Notes: generated by a model not told the origin, from the letters alone. Shown: positions 54,293 through 63,486, numbered from the stretch's first letter. The stretch: 64,000 nt of DNA from a virus (IMGVR_UViG_2844540631_000002:1-64000); one strand, 5' to 3'. Program-made: numbers and translations.

Positions 54293-54862
54293 ATGAAACA
54301 GAAGCTGAAGCTGCTCGCCGTCGCCACGGTGGCGATGGTGCTTTCCGCGCCCACCGTGGTGCTGGCCGCCACCTCCAGCACAGGCGAGCCCACCGAGGTG
54401 TCCGCCTCCATCCTCTCCGCCATCGGCACTGCGCTGCTTGGGCTGCTCTCCAGCCCGGACGCGCTGGGCATCATCTTCTCCGGGCTGGTGCTCGGGGCCG
54501 GATGGCTCGCGCGGCGCGTCTGGAAGGACAAGGCCGAGGCTCGTCTCCGCGCCTTCGCCCAGTACGTCGAGTACGCCTACTTCGCCGTCGAGAGCTTCGC
54601 GTCGAAGACGGCCACCACCGTGGACGACAAGCTGGCCCTCGGGCTGAAGCTGCTCGGCGAGCAGATGGCGCGGCACGGGTACAAGCTCACCGCCCAGGAG
54701 TCCGAGGACGCCAAGCTGCGCTTCGAGGCGCTACACGGTGCCGGCAAGGCCGCGGCGAAGCAGGCCGTGCAGACGGCCGCGCAGCTTGCCGCCAAGGGCA
54801 TCGCCACCGCGCTCCCGACGGTGCCGGGGCTGGCAACGCTCCCTCCGACGCCCCGCGCCTAG
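54293..54862 (+). CDS. Holin-like membrane protein
   Basis: SD AGGAG; signal/TM segments; YVEYAYFAVE...DDKLALGLK resembles LL-H-type holins; follows endolysin. Confidence 0.65.
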   Translation: MKQKLKLLAVATVAMVLSAPTVVLAATSSTGEPTEVSASILSAIGTALLGLLSSPDALGIIFSGLVLGAGWLARRVWKDKAEARLRAFAQYVEYAYFAVESFASKTATTVDDKLALGLKLLGEQMARHGYKLTAQESEDAKLRFEALHGAGKAAAKQAVQTAAQLAAKGIATALPTVPGLATLPPTPRA

Positions 54863-54864
54863 CC

Positions 54865-55077
54865 GTGTCCGCGGGGCTGGACGGGGTGCTGTCTCGTGTC
54901 CCCGTTCGTACCGGCTATTTCGAGGCCCAGGCCGGAGTGTCCAGTCTCTCCGGCGCCTACGTGCGCGGCGAGCTGGGCTCGCGGCTGACACCGAGTCTGG
55001 GCCTGTTCGGCTTCGCCGAGGCCAACGCCCGCGAGCGGATGGCCGGCGCTGGCATCCGCTACACCTTCGGTTGGTGA
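54865..55077 (+). CDS. Small beta-strand-rich protein ending in an aromatic beta-signal-like motif
   Basis: GTG at 54865; alternating strands, C-terminal GIRYTFGW. Confidence 0.55.
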   Translation: MSAGLDGVLSRVPVRTGYFEAQAGVSSLSGAYVRGELGSRLTPSLGLFGFAEANARERMAGAGIRYTFGW

Positions 55078-55085
55078 GGTGAGGA

Positions 55086-55113
55086 GGCCCGCTCCAGTGC
55101 ACCGGGGCGGGCC
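55086..55113. terminator. Hairpin between convergent lysis cassette and leftward operon
   Basis: GGCCCGCTCC...GGGGCGGGCC stem with one G-U pair. Confidence 0.45.
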
Positions 55114-55120
55114 GTTGTCG

Positions 55121-55324
55121 CTATTCGCCAGCGTTTTCCAGGTTCTTCAGGCACTGCGCCAAGTCGCGCTTGCTCTTCTGGAGGCGGTCCTCGATTCGAT
55201 TGGCTGCGCTCTTTGAGGTTATCGCTGCCAGAGATACAGGCTCGGCTTTCATGATCTCCAGCAACTGGGTGTCGGCGAGGATGTCCGCGCGTAACTGGCG
55301 GTACCGCTCGATGTTGGTTGTCAT
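55121..55324 (-). CDS. Small helical hypothetical protein
   Basis: MTTNIERYRQLRADIL...; amphipathic. Confidence 0.55.
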   Translation of the reverse strand: MTTNIERYRQLRADILADTQLLEIMKAEPVSLAAITSKSAANRIEDRLQKSKRDLAQCLKNLENAGE

Positions 55325-55492
55325 GGATTCCCCCATGGGCGTGAGTGCCCATGGAGAGGCTACGCGCCCTGGCTGGTCCTGGCGAGCGCCTCAGTGGCGC
55401 GGCTCCACCTCGGCCAGACACACCTGGGTATAGGGCTAAGGTGGGGACGACGCGGCCACCCAGGACGCGGGCGAATCCCTGGAGACGCCCGT

Positions 55493-55804
55493 ATGACAGC
55501 CGTACCCTATTACATGATTTCCGTCGAGGACGGAGACGCTGACGCCTCGCTCCGGAAGGCATTCCCTCAATGCGTATTCGGCGTGTCAGGCGTACGCGTC
55601 GAAAGGCTCGGAGAAAAATGGCAGCCCCTATGCCATGCGGACGGCTCTGACTGTGACAAGCGGTGGGCCCTTCCAGCCGCGCAGAACGACCACGTCTACG
55701 ATTACGGTTCTACGCTGCCGACGTGCTCCGACGGGGAGACGTTGGAGTTTCATCTGCAGTCGCCTGGCGATCCCGTTCTGATGGTGGAACGCCCCGGTAA
55801 GTAG
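55493..55804 (+). CDS. Hypothetical protein
   Basis: GGAG SD, ATG at 55493, lower GC. Confidence 0.5.
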   Translation: MTAVPYYMISVEDGDADASLRKAFPQCVFGVSGVRVERLGEKWQPLCHADGSDCDKRWALPAAQNDHVYDYGSTLPTCSDGETLEFHLQSPGDPVLMVERPGK

Positions 55805-56073
55805 GCCCGGAGTCGCCGTTCTCGCTCCCTCGCTGCCACGGCAGGTGATCCGCGCCGTGGCAGTGAGGGCCGGCGCTGCCTCACTCGAAGGACGAGGCAG
55901 CGCCCGCGCAGTGCCTCGGCCGCGAGCGCATCGGCTGCCTGGTGCTCCGCTCGCGCCCGCGCGTACCGAATCCTCGCCGCCGGACTCCCGTCCAACCCCG
56001 CGACTGCCGCCTGAAGCTCTGCCTCCGCCGCCCCGAGGCGCTGCGCGAGCGCCACCCTCTGTTGCCTGTTCAT
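55750..56073 (-). CDS. Hypothetical Ala/Arg-rich protein
   Basis: MNRQQRVALAQRL...; weak support. Confidence 0.35.
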   Translation of the reverse strand: MNRQQRVALAQRLGAAEAELQAAVAGLDGSPAARIRYARARAEHQAADALAAEALRGRCLVLRVRQRRPSLPRRGSPAVAARERERRLRAYLPGRSTIRTGSPGDCR

Positions 56074-56113
56074 GCGCCGGGCGCAGAGCATGAGGCGTAC
56101 CAGCGCACGGTGA

Positions 56114-56944
56114 CTACTGCGTGGGCGCCACCCACCGCCACGCCGAGTAGCCCGACACGTAAATCCACTTCGACAGCGCCAGGCCGGGCCCGTGCCGCTG
56201 GCGCTTGAGGTGGCCGCGCACCTGTCGCTCCTCTGCGACGCGGCTACCCGTAGGCGCGGGGGCAGGGAGAGTGGTGGTTCCGCCGCCGAGCGCGCCGTCC
56301 AGGTAGACGTTGCGCACCGGCAGCAGCCCCACGGCGTCGCGCTTGCGCGCCTCGTCCACGCGCAACGGCGAGCCCTCGGCCTCGCAGAGGAGGGCGTACA
56401 CGACGGCAAACCGGGCAGCGTCGCGCGCCCACTGCTGGTGTTCGCCCACGTCGTCGATGAGCGGCGAGCGCTCCTGCCGAGTCCCCTCGGTCAGGTCCTC
56501 GCCCGTCCACTGAGGGCGCCACGGCGCGACGCTGGCAGCGCCCGCCGCAGTCAGGCCAATCAGGTACGTGGTGCCCTCAAGCTGGTACCCGCCGAGGGCA
56601 AAGGTGGAGCCGAAGAGGCGCTCGCCAGCGCTGGGCCGCCGCACCTCCAGCAGCCACGGCCGGCGGAGGAACTCGGGCGGGGAGTCTGGGAGGGAGTGCA
56701 AGTCCGTAGCCGCGACGTGCGCGGATGCGGCCGGCCGTACCTGATGAGCGACGAGTCCCATACCTCCCGCCAGCGCCAGCCCGGCCACGTTGACGAGGGG
56801 GGGCGCGCGAAGCGGCGCGCCCTCGTCCCACGTCGCCTGGGCCGTGAGTACTGCCCGCTGGCGAAAGGGCACCAGGCCCAACTCGGCGGGCGCAGACCGC
56901 AGCGAGGCCAGCGCCTCGGCCACCAATTCGGCAAGGCCAATCAC
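56114..56944 (-). CDS. Hypothetical protein (276 aa)
   Basis: Coupled to the upstream RHH-like gene; ends QVRGHLKRQRHGPG...KWIYVSGY. Confidence 0.7.
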   Translation of the reverse strand: MIGLAELVAEALASLRSAPAELGLVPFRQRAVLTAQATWDEGAPLRAPPLVNVAGLALAGGMGLVAHQVRPAASAHVAATDLHSLPDSPPEFLRRPWLLEVRRPSAGERLFGSTFALGGYQLEGTTYLIGLTAAGAASVAPWRPQWTGEDLTEGTRQERSPLIDDVGEHQQWARDAARFAVVYALLCEAEGSPLRVDEARKRDAVGLLPVRNVYLDGALGGGTTTLPAPAPTGSRVAEERQVRGHLKRQRHGPGLALSKWIYVSGYSAWRWVAPTQ

Positions 56945-57186
56945 TCGTCATCCTCCTTGGGCGGCGTCCATCCTCGGGCCTTGGCCGCCTCCTCAAGTGC
57001 GAGGTTGACGGCACCGGAGTCGTTGGCCGGGTGCTTCTCCCGCGGGTGGCGGGCGAGGTGCTCGACGAGATGCGCGCGGGCGCTTTCGCCGGCGGGGGTG
57101 AGGCGGACGCCGAGGCGCTTCAACGGCACGTCGCCTCGGAGGCGGCGCGCCCTGGGTGGAGTTTTCGAGTTGTCGTGCCTGGGCAT
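56941..57186 (-). CDS. RHH/CopG-like small DNA-binding protein
   Basis: KRLGVRLTP...ARAHL...DSGAVNLALEEAAK. Confidence 0.55.
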   Translation of the reverse strand: MPRHDNSKTPPRARRLRGDVPLKRLGVRLTPAGESARAHLVEHLARHPREKHPANDSGAVNLALEEAAKARGWTPPKEDDE

Positions 57187-57240
57187 GCTTCTCCTGCGGG
57201 CCCGGCCGCGACTGGCGGTCGGGCGGGGTGGTGAAACGGA

Positions 57241-57798
57241 TTAAAGGGCGGCGACGGCGCGGCGCTCTTCGACGCGGTTGGCCACCGGGTATGCGACGTT
57301 GGTCCACGCCGCGTTGCTACCCAACTCCCGGCAAGTCAGCGCCTGCACCACGGACGGCGCACACGGCAACTTCTCTGCCCGCCACTGATCTGAGTACTCC
57401 GACACGCCAAACCACTCCGCGAACGATGCCTTGTCGTCCTCGTGGCGGCGCTGGCCCACCTCGTGGATCTCCCACCCGGAGGGAGGCTCGTAGGCGCGGG
57501 ACCGCAGGAGCTGCTCGCGGTAGAGGGTCCAGTAGTCCTGGCTCCAGCCGAGGGCGCGAGGCCGCCCGTTGTGAAGCGTGTCGTACACCACCCAGCCGAA
57601 CGTGGCCGGGGGCGGAGCGGGCTCCAGGGAGTAGTAGTACGTCCAGGCCACCTGGGCGCCAGGTGTGTGCCGCTGCTCCCACCCACAGAGGCTTCCTGCG
57701 AACAGCAGCCCCTGCTTCCAGAAGTAATCGCCCAGGGCAACCACCTGCTCGGGCTTCAGCTTCTCTCCGTACGTCTTCAGGCACAGCAGCGTGGTCAT
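57241..57798 (-). CDS. Hypothetical aromatic-rich protein
   Basis: GGAG SD, ATG at 57798. Confidence 0.65.
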   Translation of the reverse strand: MTTLLCLKTYGEKLKPEQVVALGDYFWKQGLLFAGSLCGWEQRHTPGAQVAWTYYYSLEPAPPPATFGWVVYDTLHNGRPRALGWSQDYWTLYREQLLRSRAYEPPSGWEIHEVGQRRHEDDKASFAEWFGVSEYSDQWRAEKLPCAPSVVQALTCRELGSNAAWTNVAYPVANRVEERRAVAAL

Positions 57799-57902
57799 AA
57801 CAACTCCGTACCCGCGCGCAGCGGGCGAAGGGTGTGAGACGGCGCAGGTTGCGCCGGCATCGCCTTGCGGCATCGGGCCCGGGGCCCGCGAGGGGACGAC
57901 GG

Positions 57903-58265
57903 CTACGTCGTGGCAGCGCGCTGGAGCGCCCGCCACAGGGCGTCCGGCATAGCGGGGTCCGCCACCTCAAGCGCCCGCTCAGCTTGGGCCACGGTGAGTT
58001 GCAGCGGCGCGCTCTCGCGGCCGTCGTCCCACCGCGTCACCTTGAGTCCGCCGCGGCAGGCACGGCCCGTCAGTCCTTCGTGCGGCGGGTTGCCGCACTG
58101 CAACCGCTCCACCAGCCGCGCCCCAGGCAGGCACTCCGCGCAGTAGGGGCTGACGTGCAACTTGGGGCCAGGGCCCCACGCCGCGTGGCCGAAGGCGTAC
58201 CAGCCGGACACGGTGACGGGCTCCGCGCCCGCGGCAACAGGGGCCCCACACGTCGAGCAGTTCAT
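57903..58265 (-). CDS. Hypothetical Zn-finger-like protein
   Basis: MNCSTCG...YCAEC...C...C; overlaps the upstream stop. Confidence 0.6.
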   Translation of the reverse strand: MNCSTCGAPVAAGAEPVTVSGWYAFGHAAWGPGPKLHVSPYCAECLPGARLVERLQCGNPPHEGLTGRACRGGLKVTRWDDGRESAPLQLTVAQAERALEVADPAMPDALWRALQRAATT

Positions 58266-58558
58266 CGCGCGCTCTCCAACCCGAGGGCGCTGCGGACGGC
58301 CGCGCCACTCGTGGCGCGCTCGTTCGAGAACCACGTCCGGCCGCCATCCGTGGACACCTCCAGCCAAGCGAAGGCGCCGAGGCTGTTGGTTTCCACCCGC
58401 CGCACCAGGGTGCCGGCGGCGAGCAGCCCCTTCTCCCGCGCCTGCCCCTGTACGACGGACGTCGATTCGACCTCCTCCGTCAGCGGGCGCGGCGGGTCCA
58501 ACTCAACCGTCGTCGTCCTGTGGCCGAACTCGTCCTGCCCCTGCGTGGTCCTGTCCAT
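58262..58558 (-). CDS. Hypothetical protein
   Basis: 98 aa, SD GGAGG, coupled. Confidence 0.6.
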   Translation of the reverse strand: MDRTTQGQDEFGHRTTTVELDPPRPLTEEVESTSVVQGQAREKGLLAAGTLVRRVETNSLGAFAWLEVSTDGGRTWFSNERATSGAAVRSALGLESAR

Positions 58559-58658
58559 GACACACCCTCCCGGCTGAGCCGGGGACTGCGAGGTAAGCGC
58601 CCGAGGGCATCACTGCTAGAGACGTCAGCCGCGGGAAAACCCATCGCGGCCGGGGCGT

Positions 58659-58907
58659 CTAAATGTCCCAGTCCGACCAGACGAACTCATCGAGCCCGAG
58701 CCCCAACCACCCCCACGTCCCCACCCGGGAGCGTCCGCCCGTCTCCTCTCGCCAGACCACCACCTTGCCACCGTTGGCGAGACGGGGAATCCCGCTGGTG
58801 AGACCGAATGCCTCATCCTTCGCGGACTCCGCAGTCGTCGCCCCCAGTGGACGGACAGTTGGAGCCGAACCGTAAGCATCAATCACTTCGGCGTGGAACT
58901 TGACCAT
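58659..58907 (-). CDS. Hypothetical protein
   Basis: 82 aa with GGAG SD. Confidence 0.6.
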   Translation of the reverse strand: MVKFHAEVIDAYGSAPTVRPLGATTAESAKDEAFGLTSGIPRLANGGKVVVWREETGGRSRVGTWGWLGLGLDEFVWSDWDI

Positions 58908-58958
58908 GGCGTACTCCGTATTGCGCTACTCGCGCCAACCGTTGAAGGGCAGGCCCGA

Positions 58959-59600
58959 TTAGAGCCCCAGCGGCTCGACGGTGCAGCGCAGGTGCTCGGG
59001 CGGCGCCTGCCGGGGGTTGAACACCTGCTGCACCTGCGAGCGGAGCGCAGCGCCCAAGGCGTCGCCACGCTGAGGGCGCCGGTCAATCCACCACTGGGCG
59101 GCCTGCGTCTCCGGCAGAGACAGCACCGTTTGAATCGCTCCGGCGAGTCCGAGGACGTCAGCTTCTGGCAGCGCGTGCCCGCGGGCCTTCTCCGCGAGGC
59201 TCTCCACCAGCCCGCGCACCTCGTTCGCCCGCACCTCCCGGCCCCACTGCACCTGGGCAGCGGAGCCGGTGAGGCAGTCCGCGCGCAGGCCCTGGACCGT
59301 CACGCGGTGGCCACCGCCAGCCGCGATGATGCGCCCGTCCCGCTCCAGTTCGTCCGCGCGCACCTCGTTGTCGGCGCGCCGGTGGGGGTTGTACCCGCCG
59401 CCGGCATGGCCCTCGTTGTAGAGGGCGTCGTGCCGGGCTGCCGCGCGGGGCTGGCTGGCCTGAGAGGCAGCGGGCGTGGGGCACTCGGCGTGGTCCCACT
59501 TCCCCGTGGGGCCCTTCTTCACCTCGGTGCCGGCCGGGTACTTCGTCCGGCAGGCCGAGCAAAACCCTGGGTAGTTGGCTTCGACGATTCGCTCCGACAT
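58959..59600 (-). CDS. Hypothetical protein with N-terminal CxxC...HxxC domain
   Basis: ANYPGFCSACRTKYPAG...WDHAEC; first gene after the strong promoter. Confidence 0.7.
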   Translation of the reverse strand: MSERIVEANYPGFCSACRTKYPAGTEVKKGPTGKWDHAECPTPAASQASQPRAAARHDALYNEGHAGGGYNPHRRADNEVRADELERDGRIIAAGGGHRVTVQGLRADCLTGSAAQVQWGREVRANEVRGLVESLAEKARGHALPEADVLGLAGAIQTVLSLPETQAAQWWIDRRPQRGDALGAALRSQVQQVFNPRQAPPEHLRCTVEPLGL

Positions 59601-59647
59601 GACGCCCCCGCTGGCGACGCGACCGGTGTGCCGCTGTCGATGGTTGA

Positions 59648-59690
59648 GTTATAGCGACGTCGCTATATCTGGTCAATAGCGACGTCGCTA
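59648..59690 (-). promoter_or_regulatory. Consensus sigma70 promoter TTGACC-17-TATAAC with two palindromic operators
   Basis: -35 at 59676-59671, -10 at 59653-59648; palindromes TATAGCGACGTCGCTATA (59650-59667) and TAGCGACGTCGCTA (59677-59690). Confidence 0.85.
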
Positions 59691-59807
59691 AATCTGGAGC
59701 GACCGCTCAACCCACCGTAACTACATGGATAGACCACGTCAGCGTCCGACCCTAGGCCGAGACGGGCAGGCGGGGAATCCCTCTCCAGGGTGATGGCGGC
59801 GCGGCGC

Positions 59808-60254
59808 CTACTCGGACTCACCCGTCAGCCGGGCGACGGCGGCGCACCAGCTGGGCGTGGCCGCCCGGGACGCTGGCACGAGGCGCCCGTGGCGGCCGGG
59901 GGAGTAGGCGCGGGTGGTGCGGTCCCGAGAGTGCGCTCTGTCGTTGGCGCAGAGGAGGAGGGTGCCGCGGCGCTCGAGTTGGGCGCCGCAGCCTGGGCAG
60001 CGGTAGGCGGTAGGGCTCACGCCAGTAGGACGCGAGGCGCGCCGGTTGTTACCTCGCGGCGGCCAGTCCTCAGGCACCGGCCCACGCACGTCCACCGGGG
60101 CCGCCGGCGCGTCGAGCTCGGCCAGCGCCTCGTCCACCAGCAGGGCCACGCGCTGCACGCGCGCGGGCGGCACCCCGTCAGCCTGGGCCGCCTCGGCGAA
60201 GAGGGACACGGCGTCGGCTGGACGCAACGTCCTGGATGCGCGTGTTCCGATCAC
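59808..60254 (-). CDS. Hypothetical protein with Zn-ribbon-like motif
   Basis: YRCPGCG...LLCAND.AH. Confidence 0.5.
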   Translation of the reverse strand: MIGTRASRTLRPADAVSLFAEAAQADGVPPARVQRVALLVDEALAELDAPAAPVDVRGPVPEDWPPRGNNRRASRPTGVSPTAYRCPGCGAQLERRGTLLLCANDRAHSRDRTTRAYSPGRHGRLVPASRAATPSWCAAVARLTGESE

Positions 60255-60923
60255 TGGAGCCCGCCTCCTGGCTGCACTCCCTGGTGCTTCTGTGTTCGCC
60301 TTGGCTGGAAACCTTCCTGGGCCGCAGCGATTCCTTGCAGGCCAGACGCGCGCCCAGCGGTAGATGATTCTACCGCTAAGGAGATGCTAGGGGCTATGTG
60401 TCGTCGGCGGGAATCCACTCATCGTCCTTGGGCGCAATGGGCGAGGCTCCAGGGCCAGTAAGCGGGCTTACTGGGCTCGCCTTCTGCATTCCTCTGTGAA
60501 TCTGCACCTGCTCATACAGAAATCGCAGAGCCCATGGCTCGCCAATCTTGGCGTTGCGAAATGCATTTTCAAATGCTTGGTCCAGTTGTACATCCGTGAA
60601 CGTGTCGAAGGTGGCAATCTCCTTCAGCGCGCCGCGGTGAATCCGCTCGCGGGCTCTAAGTATCTCGGCTCGCCTGACACGCGGGAGCTTCTGCCAGATG
60701 TCGCGGATGGTCCTCTCTTCGATGTGCTCAGCCCACCCGACGAACATACTCCGGGCTACGAGTAGGGCTACGACGACCGCAATGAACCACAGCGGGATAA
60801 ACATGCCGCCCAGCCTCCCGCACGCTGGGCGCGGGCGTCAACGTGGCTGCCTACCTCCCTGGGGGGAGGGTGCGCCGGAGGTGCAGTCCTCGGGCACCGG
60901 GCCGCGCACGTCCACCGGGGCCG
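60064..60923. repeat. Imperfect ~40-bp direct repeat pair flanking an AT-rich gene
   Basis: CAGTCCTCRGGCACCGGSCCRCGCACGTCCACCGGGGCCG at 60064-60103 and 60884-60923. Confidence 0.7.
60394..60804 (-). CDS. AT-rich membrane-anchored hypothetical protein
   Basis: N-terminal TM MFIPLWFIAVVVALLVA; lower GC. Confidence 0.7.
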   Translation of the reverse strand: MFIPLWFIAVVVALLVARSMFVGWAEHIEERTIRDIWQKLPRVRRAEILRARERIHRGALKEIATFDTFTDVQLDQAFENAFRNAKIGEPWALRFLYEQVQIHRGMQKASPVSPLTGPGASPIAPKDDEWIPADDT

Positions 60924-61061
60924 TCGATTCGTCGAGGCGGCTCTGGGGCAACTACTCAAGCAGCAGCGCACCTGGAGCGCGGGGCAGTTATCGCGCGCTG
61001 GCGGCCCACGGCATTAGGACGGCAGCGCTCTTCAGTTGAGACGCCGCGCATACGCGCCTCG

Positions 61062-61589
61062 TTACTCGGAGGGCTCGTCTTCCGGCAATTCGTTAGCGGG
61101 CACCTCCACTTCGCGCCAATTAGGTGCGTACTTCCCTAGCCTAGGTGCGTACTTCCCTAGCCGATAGCGCTTCATCGCGAGAGTCGCGTGGAGCCGCACC
61201 TTCTTGTACCGGGATCCATCTAGCTGGCCTTGGATGACGGCTTGGGCGTGGTCCTCGAAGCGGCCTCGCTTCAAATCTATGACCTCTTCCGGATGATCCT
61301 TCTCGAACTCGATGACCTTCATGACGTCCAGGAGAAGCAATAGGAAGCGCCGGTTCGACCCACGGAACCTCTTCCACTGCTCCTCGCTAATGTCCTTGAG
61401 CTGAGGGCCACACTGATTCCCGATGCGCCACTCCACGCGACCCTCAAAGGGTTCCCCAGACTGCAGTGCCATCACCCAATGCTCTTTGAGGCGAGTGGAG
61501 CACCGCTCACACCGATCCCAGTCGTCAAGCTTCTCGATGAAACGAAGTTCCCAAGGGCCTACCTTTGCCATCATCCGAATCGAGATCAT
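61062..61589 (-). CDS. AT-richer hypothetical protein with CxxC
   Basis: DRCERCSTRLKEHW...GNQCG; tandem RLGKYAP x2. Confidence 0.65.
   Translation of the reverse strand: MISIRMMAKVGPWELRFIEKLDDWDRCERCSTRLKEHWVMALQSGEPFEGRVEWRIGNQCGPQLKDISEEQWKRFRGSNRRFLLLLLDVMKVIEFEKDHPEEVIDLKRGRFEDHAQAVIQGQLDGSRYKKVRLHATLAMKRYRLGKYAPRLGKYAPNWREVEVPANELPEDEPSE
61121..61162. repeat. 21-bp tandem duplication
   Basis: TAGGTGCGTACTTCCCTAGCC x2, in frame within the 61062-61589 ORF. Confidence 0.85.
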
Positions 61590-62005
61590 GCATGACTCCG
61601 GGAGTCAGGGAGCAACTGGGACAGCATGAGCGCATGTCCCGCGCCACGCGTGTACCCTACCTCGGTCAGCCGCTCGGCGTCGGTCGGCGCGAGCGCTGGC
61701 CGGGGGATGACTCATCGCCGAAGCGCGAGCGGTGCTCCTGTCCATGCTTGGCGCTACCGCTGCAGCCCCGGGAACAGCGGACCCGCGCCCACCTCGGGCG
61801 TGCGTTCCAGGCGCTCCAGGGCCAGCGTCAGCAGGCCCACCGCCTCCAGGCGCGTCAGACCGCCCACGTCCTCCCAGGCATTTTTAGCCCGAGGACTCCC
61901 GCTCAGGCGCCTACGTGCGTGGAGTGCTGGGCGCGCGGGCCATAGGAAGACGTCGCGGCAACTCAATGGTGGACGCGCCCAAGGGCACAACTCAGGGGCG
62001 CGGCG

Positions 62006-62416
62006 TCACCGGGCCTCGCGGATTGTCCCGTCGTGACTGACGTGGAAGTGAAACCCTCCGCTTCCCTCGCCGGAAACGCCGATGCTGTAGGTGCGACCGG
62101 GGACGAGCGGTTTTGCTGGCTCCAATTCCTCGAAGCCCTCCGGGAGGACGCCGTAGCTGAGCCTCGCTGGGGATACCTCGAAGTTGGGAGGGAGCTTCCG
62201 GAACGCCCACATCAGGGTGCCGTCGAGGTCCATGACGCTGACGTAGCCGTAGCGTGGCTTCTCGACTGGCTGCGACGGCTCGCTGATGACGAACGCGGGC
62301 GCTGGAAGTCGCTCTTCCGTGGAGGCCAGCTTTATGTGAATGGGGGGCTCGCAGGCCCCCACAACGGTTGCGAGGACGGCCACCGCCGCGAGATGCAGAA
62401 GTCGATGCAGTCTCAT
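62006..62416 (-). CDS. Putative lipoprotein (probably host)
   Basis: MRLHRLLHLAAVAVLATVVGAC lipobox. Confidence 0.75.
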   Translation of the reverse strand: MRLHRLLHLAAVAVLATVVGACEPPIHIKLASTEERLPAPAFVISEPSQPVEKPRYGYVSVMDLDGTLMWAFRKLPPNFEVSPARLSYGVLPEGFEELEPAKPLVPGRTYSIGVSGEGSGGFHFHVSHDGTIREAR

Positions 62417-62418
62417 GG

Positions 62419-63486
62419 TTACGGTGCCCCTCGTCCGGCCCGGACTTCGCGCACCGCCGCCTCAATCTGTGCGGTGTAGTCGACGCCATTGATGTAGAGC
62501 CGCCTCGGAGGCGTCTCGAAGAAGCCGGCGAGGTAGCCTTCCTTCATGAGTTCGGCCTGCTGTTCCGGGTTGAGCTGGCTCCAGGACTTCCCCTCGCTGA
62601 GTGCCTTGCCGAGGTTGTAGCCGTCGCCGAGGAATTGGGCGAAGAGGGCCTCGCTCATGTAATCGGTCCCCCCGTGTTGGTGCTGCCACACATGGGCAGC
62701 TTCGTGGACGAGGGTGCCCACCTTAATCGGGAGGTGCTTCGACGGAATGTAGATGGTGTCGCCATGCACGAACGGCCTACCTGACATCGTCAGGAGCCCA
62801 GCGTCTCCCTCCTTGATGGAGATGCGGCTGTAGTCGAGGGAGTCGCCGTACACCTGCCGGAGGACGGCTTCTTCCTCGCCCGTCAGCCCACGTCGAACGG
62901 GTTCCACGCCGAGGAGGGTCTGGACGGCGCTGATGGTCCGGCCGCCCATCATGAGCACCGCGTCGATGGGCGTCTGGACCACCTGCACCAGGCCGCGCCC
63001 GAGCTCGCCGAAGCCCTCACGGAAGCGCCCGGTGAACACCTGGCCCAGGCCACGTGAAAGCGTCTGCGCCGCCTCCGCACCGTTGCGCATGACTCCCACA
63101 ACAGCGTCCTTCGTTCCCGTCACGAGACCTCCGACGGCGTCTCCCACGCGCCGGAGCCCTCCCGCGACGGCGGAGCCGATGCGGCCGAGGAGCCCCTTCT
63201 GCACCTCCTGCTCGCGCTCCCCCTGCGCCTTGAGTCCTGCTTGAGGCAGGTGCTCCGCCATCGCGACGGCCTTCGGATGCACGCTGGCGAGGGCGAACTC
63301 TGTTCCCGCGGATTTGGCCGCCGGTGCCTGGGCCCCCGAGGTGCTGCTTCCAAAGGACTCGACGATGTTGCCCGCCTTCATGGCGACTGCGCCACGTGGG
63401 CGAGCCGCGCCCCTTGCTGTCTCTGGCGGCCCGGATTCGGGTTCAAGGCCGGGGAGGGCGGTGTGACGTGACGTGATGGGGTCCAT
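62419..63486 (-). CDS. HExxH zinc-metallopeptidase-like protein (DUF4157-like; probably host)
   Basis: YGDSLDYSRI...GTLVHEAAHVWQ...LNPEQQA; start at ATG 63486 inferred. Confidence 0.75.
   Translation of the reverse strand: MDPITSRHTALPGLEPESGPPETARGAARPRGAVAMKAGNIVESFGSSTSGAQAPAAKSAGTEFALASVHPKAVAMAEHLPQAGLKAQGEREQEVQKGLLGRIGSAVAGGLRRVGDAVGGLVTGTKDAVVGVMRNGAEAAQTLSRGLGQVFTGRFREGFGELGRGLVQVVQTPIDAVLMMGGRTISAVQTLLGVEPVRRGLTGEEEAVLRQVYGDSLDYSRISIKEGDAGLLTMSGRPFVHGDTIYIPSKHLPIKVGTLVHEAAHVWQHQHGGTDYMSEALFAQFLGDGYNLGKALSEGKSWSQLNPEQQAELMKEGYLAGFFETPPRRLYINGVDYTAQIEAAVREVRAGRGAP

Larger units (their letters stand above)
1..61600 (+). mobile_element. Prophage (lambda-like siphovirus, myxobacterial-type host); left end outside window, right end approximate
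   Basis: Contiguous replication, terminase, portal, capsid, tail tube, tape measure, gpM/L/K/I/J-like and lysis genes; tightly overlapping ATGA/GTGA junctions; no integrase or att site seen. Confidence 0.93.

Noticed and set aside
61590-62005. attR site or tRNA remnant at the prophage right end
   Set aside because: No tRNA-like sequence seen, and no partner att copy can be checked because the left end is outside the window
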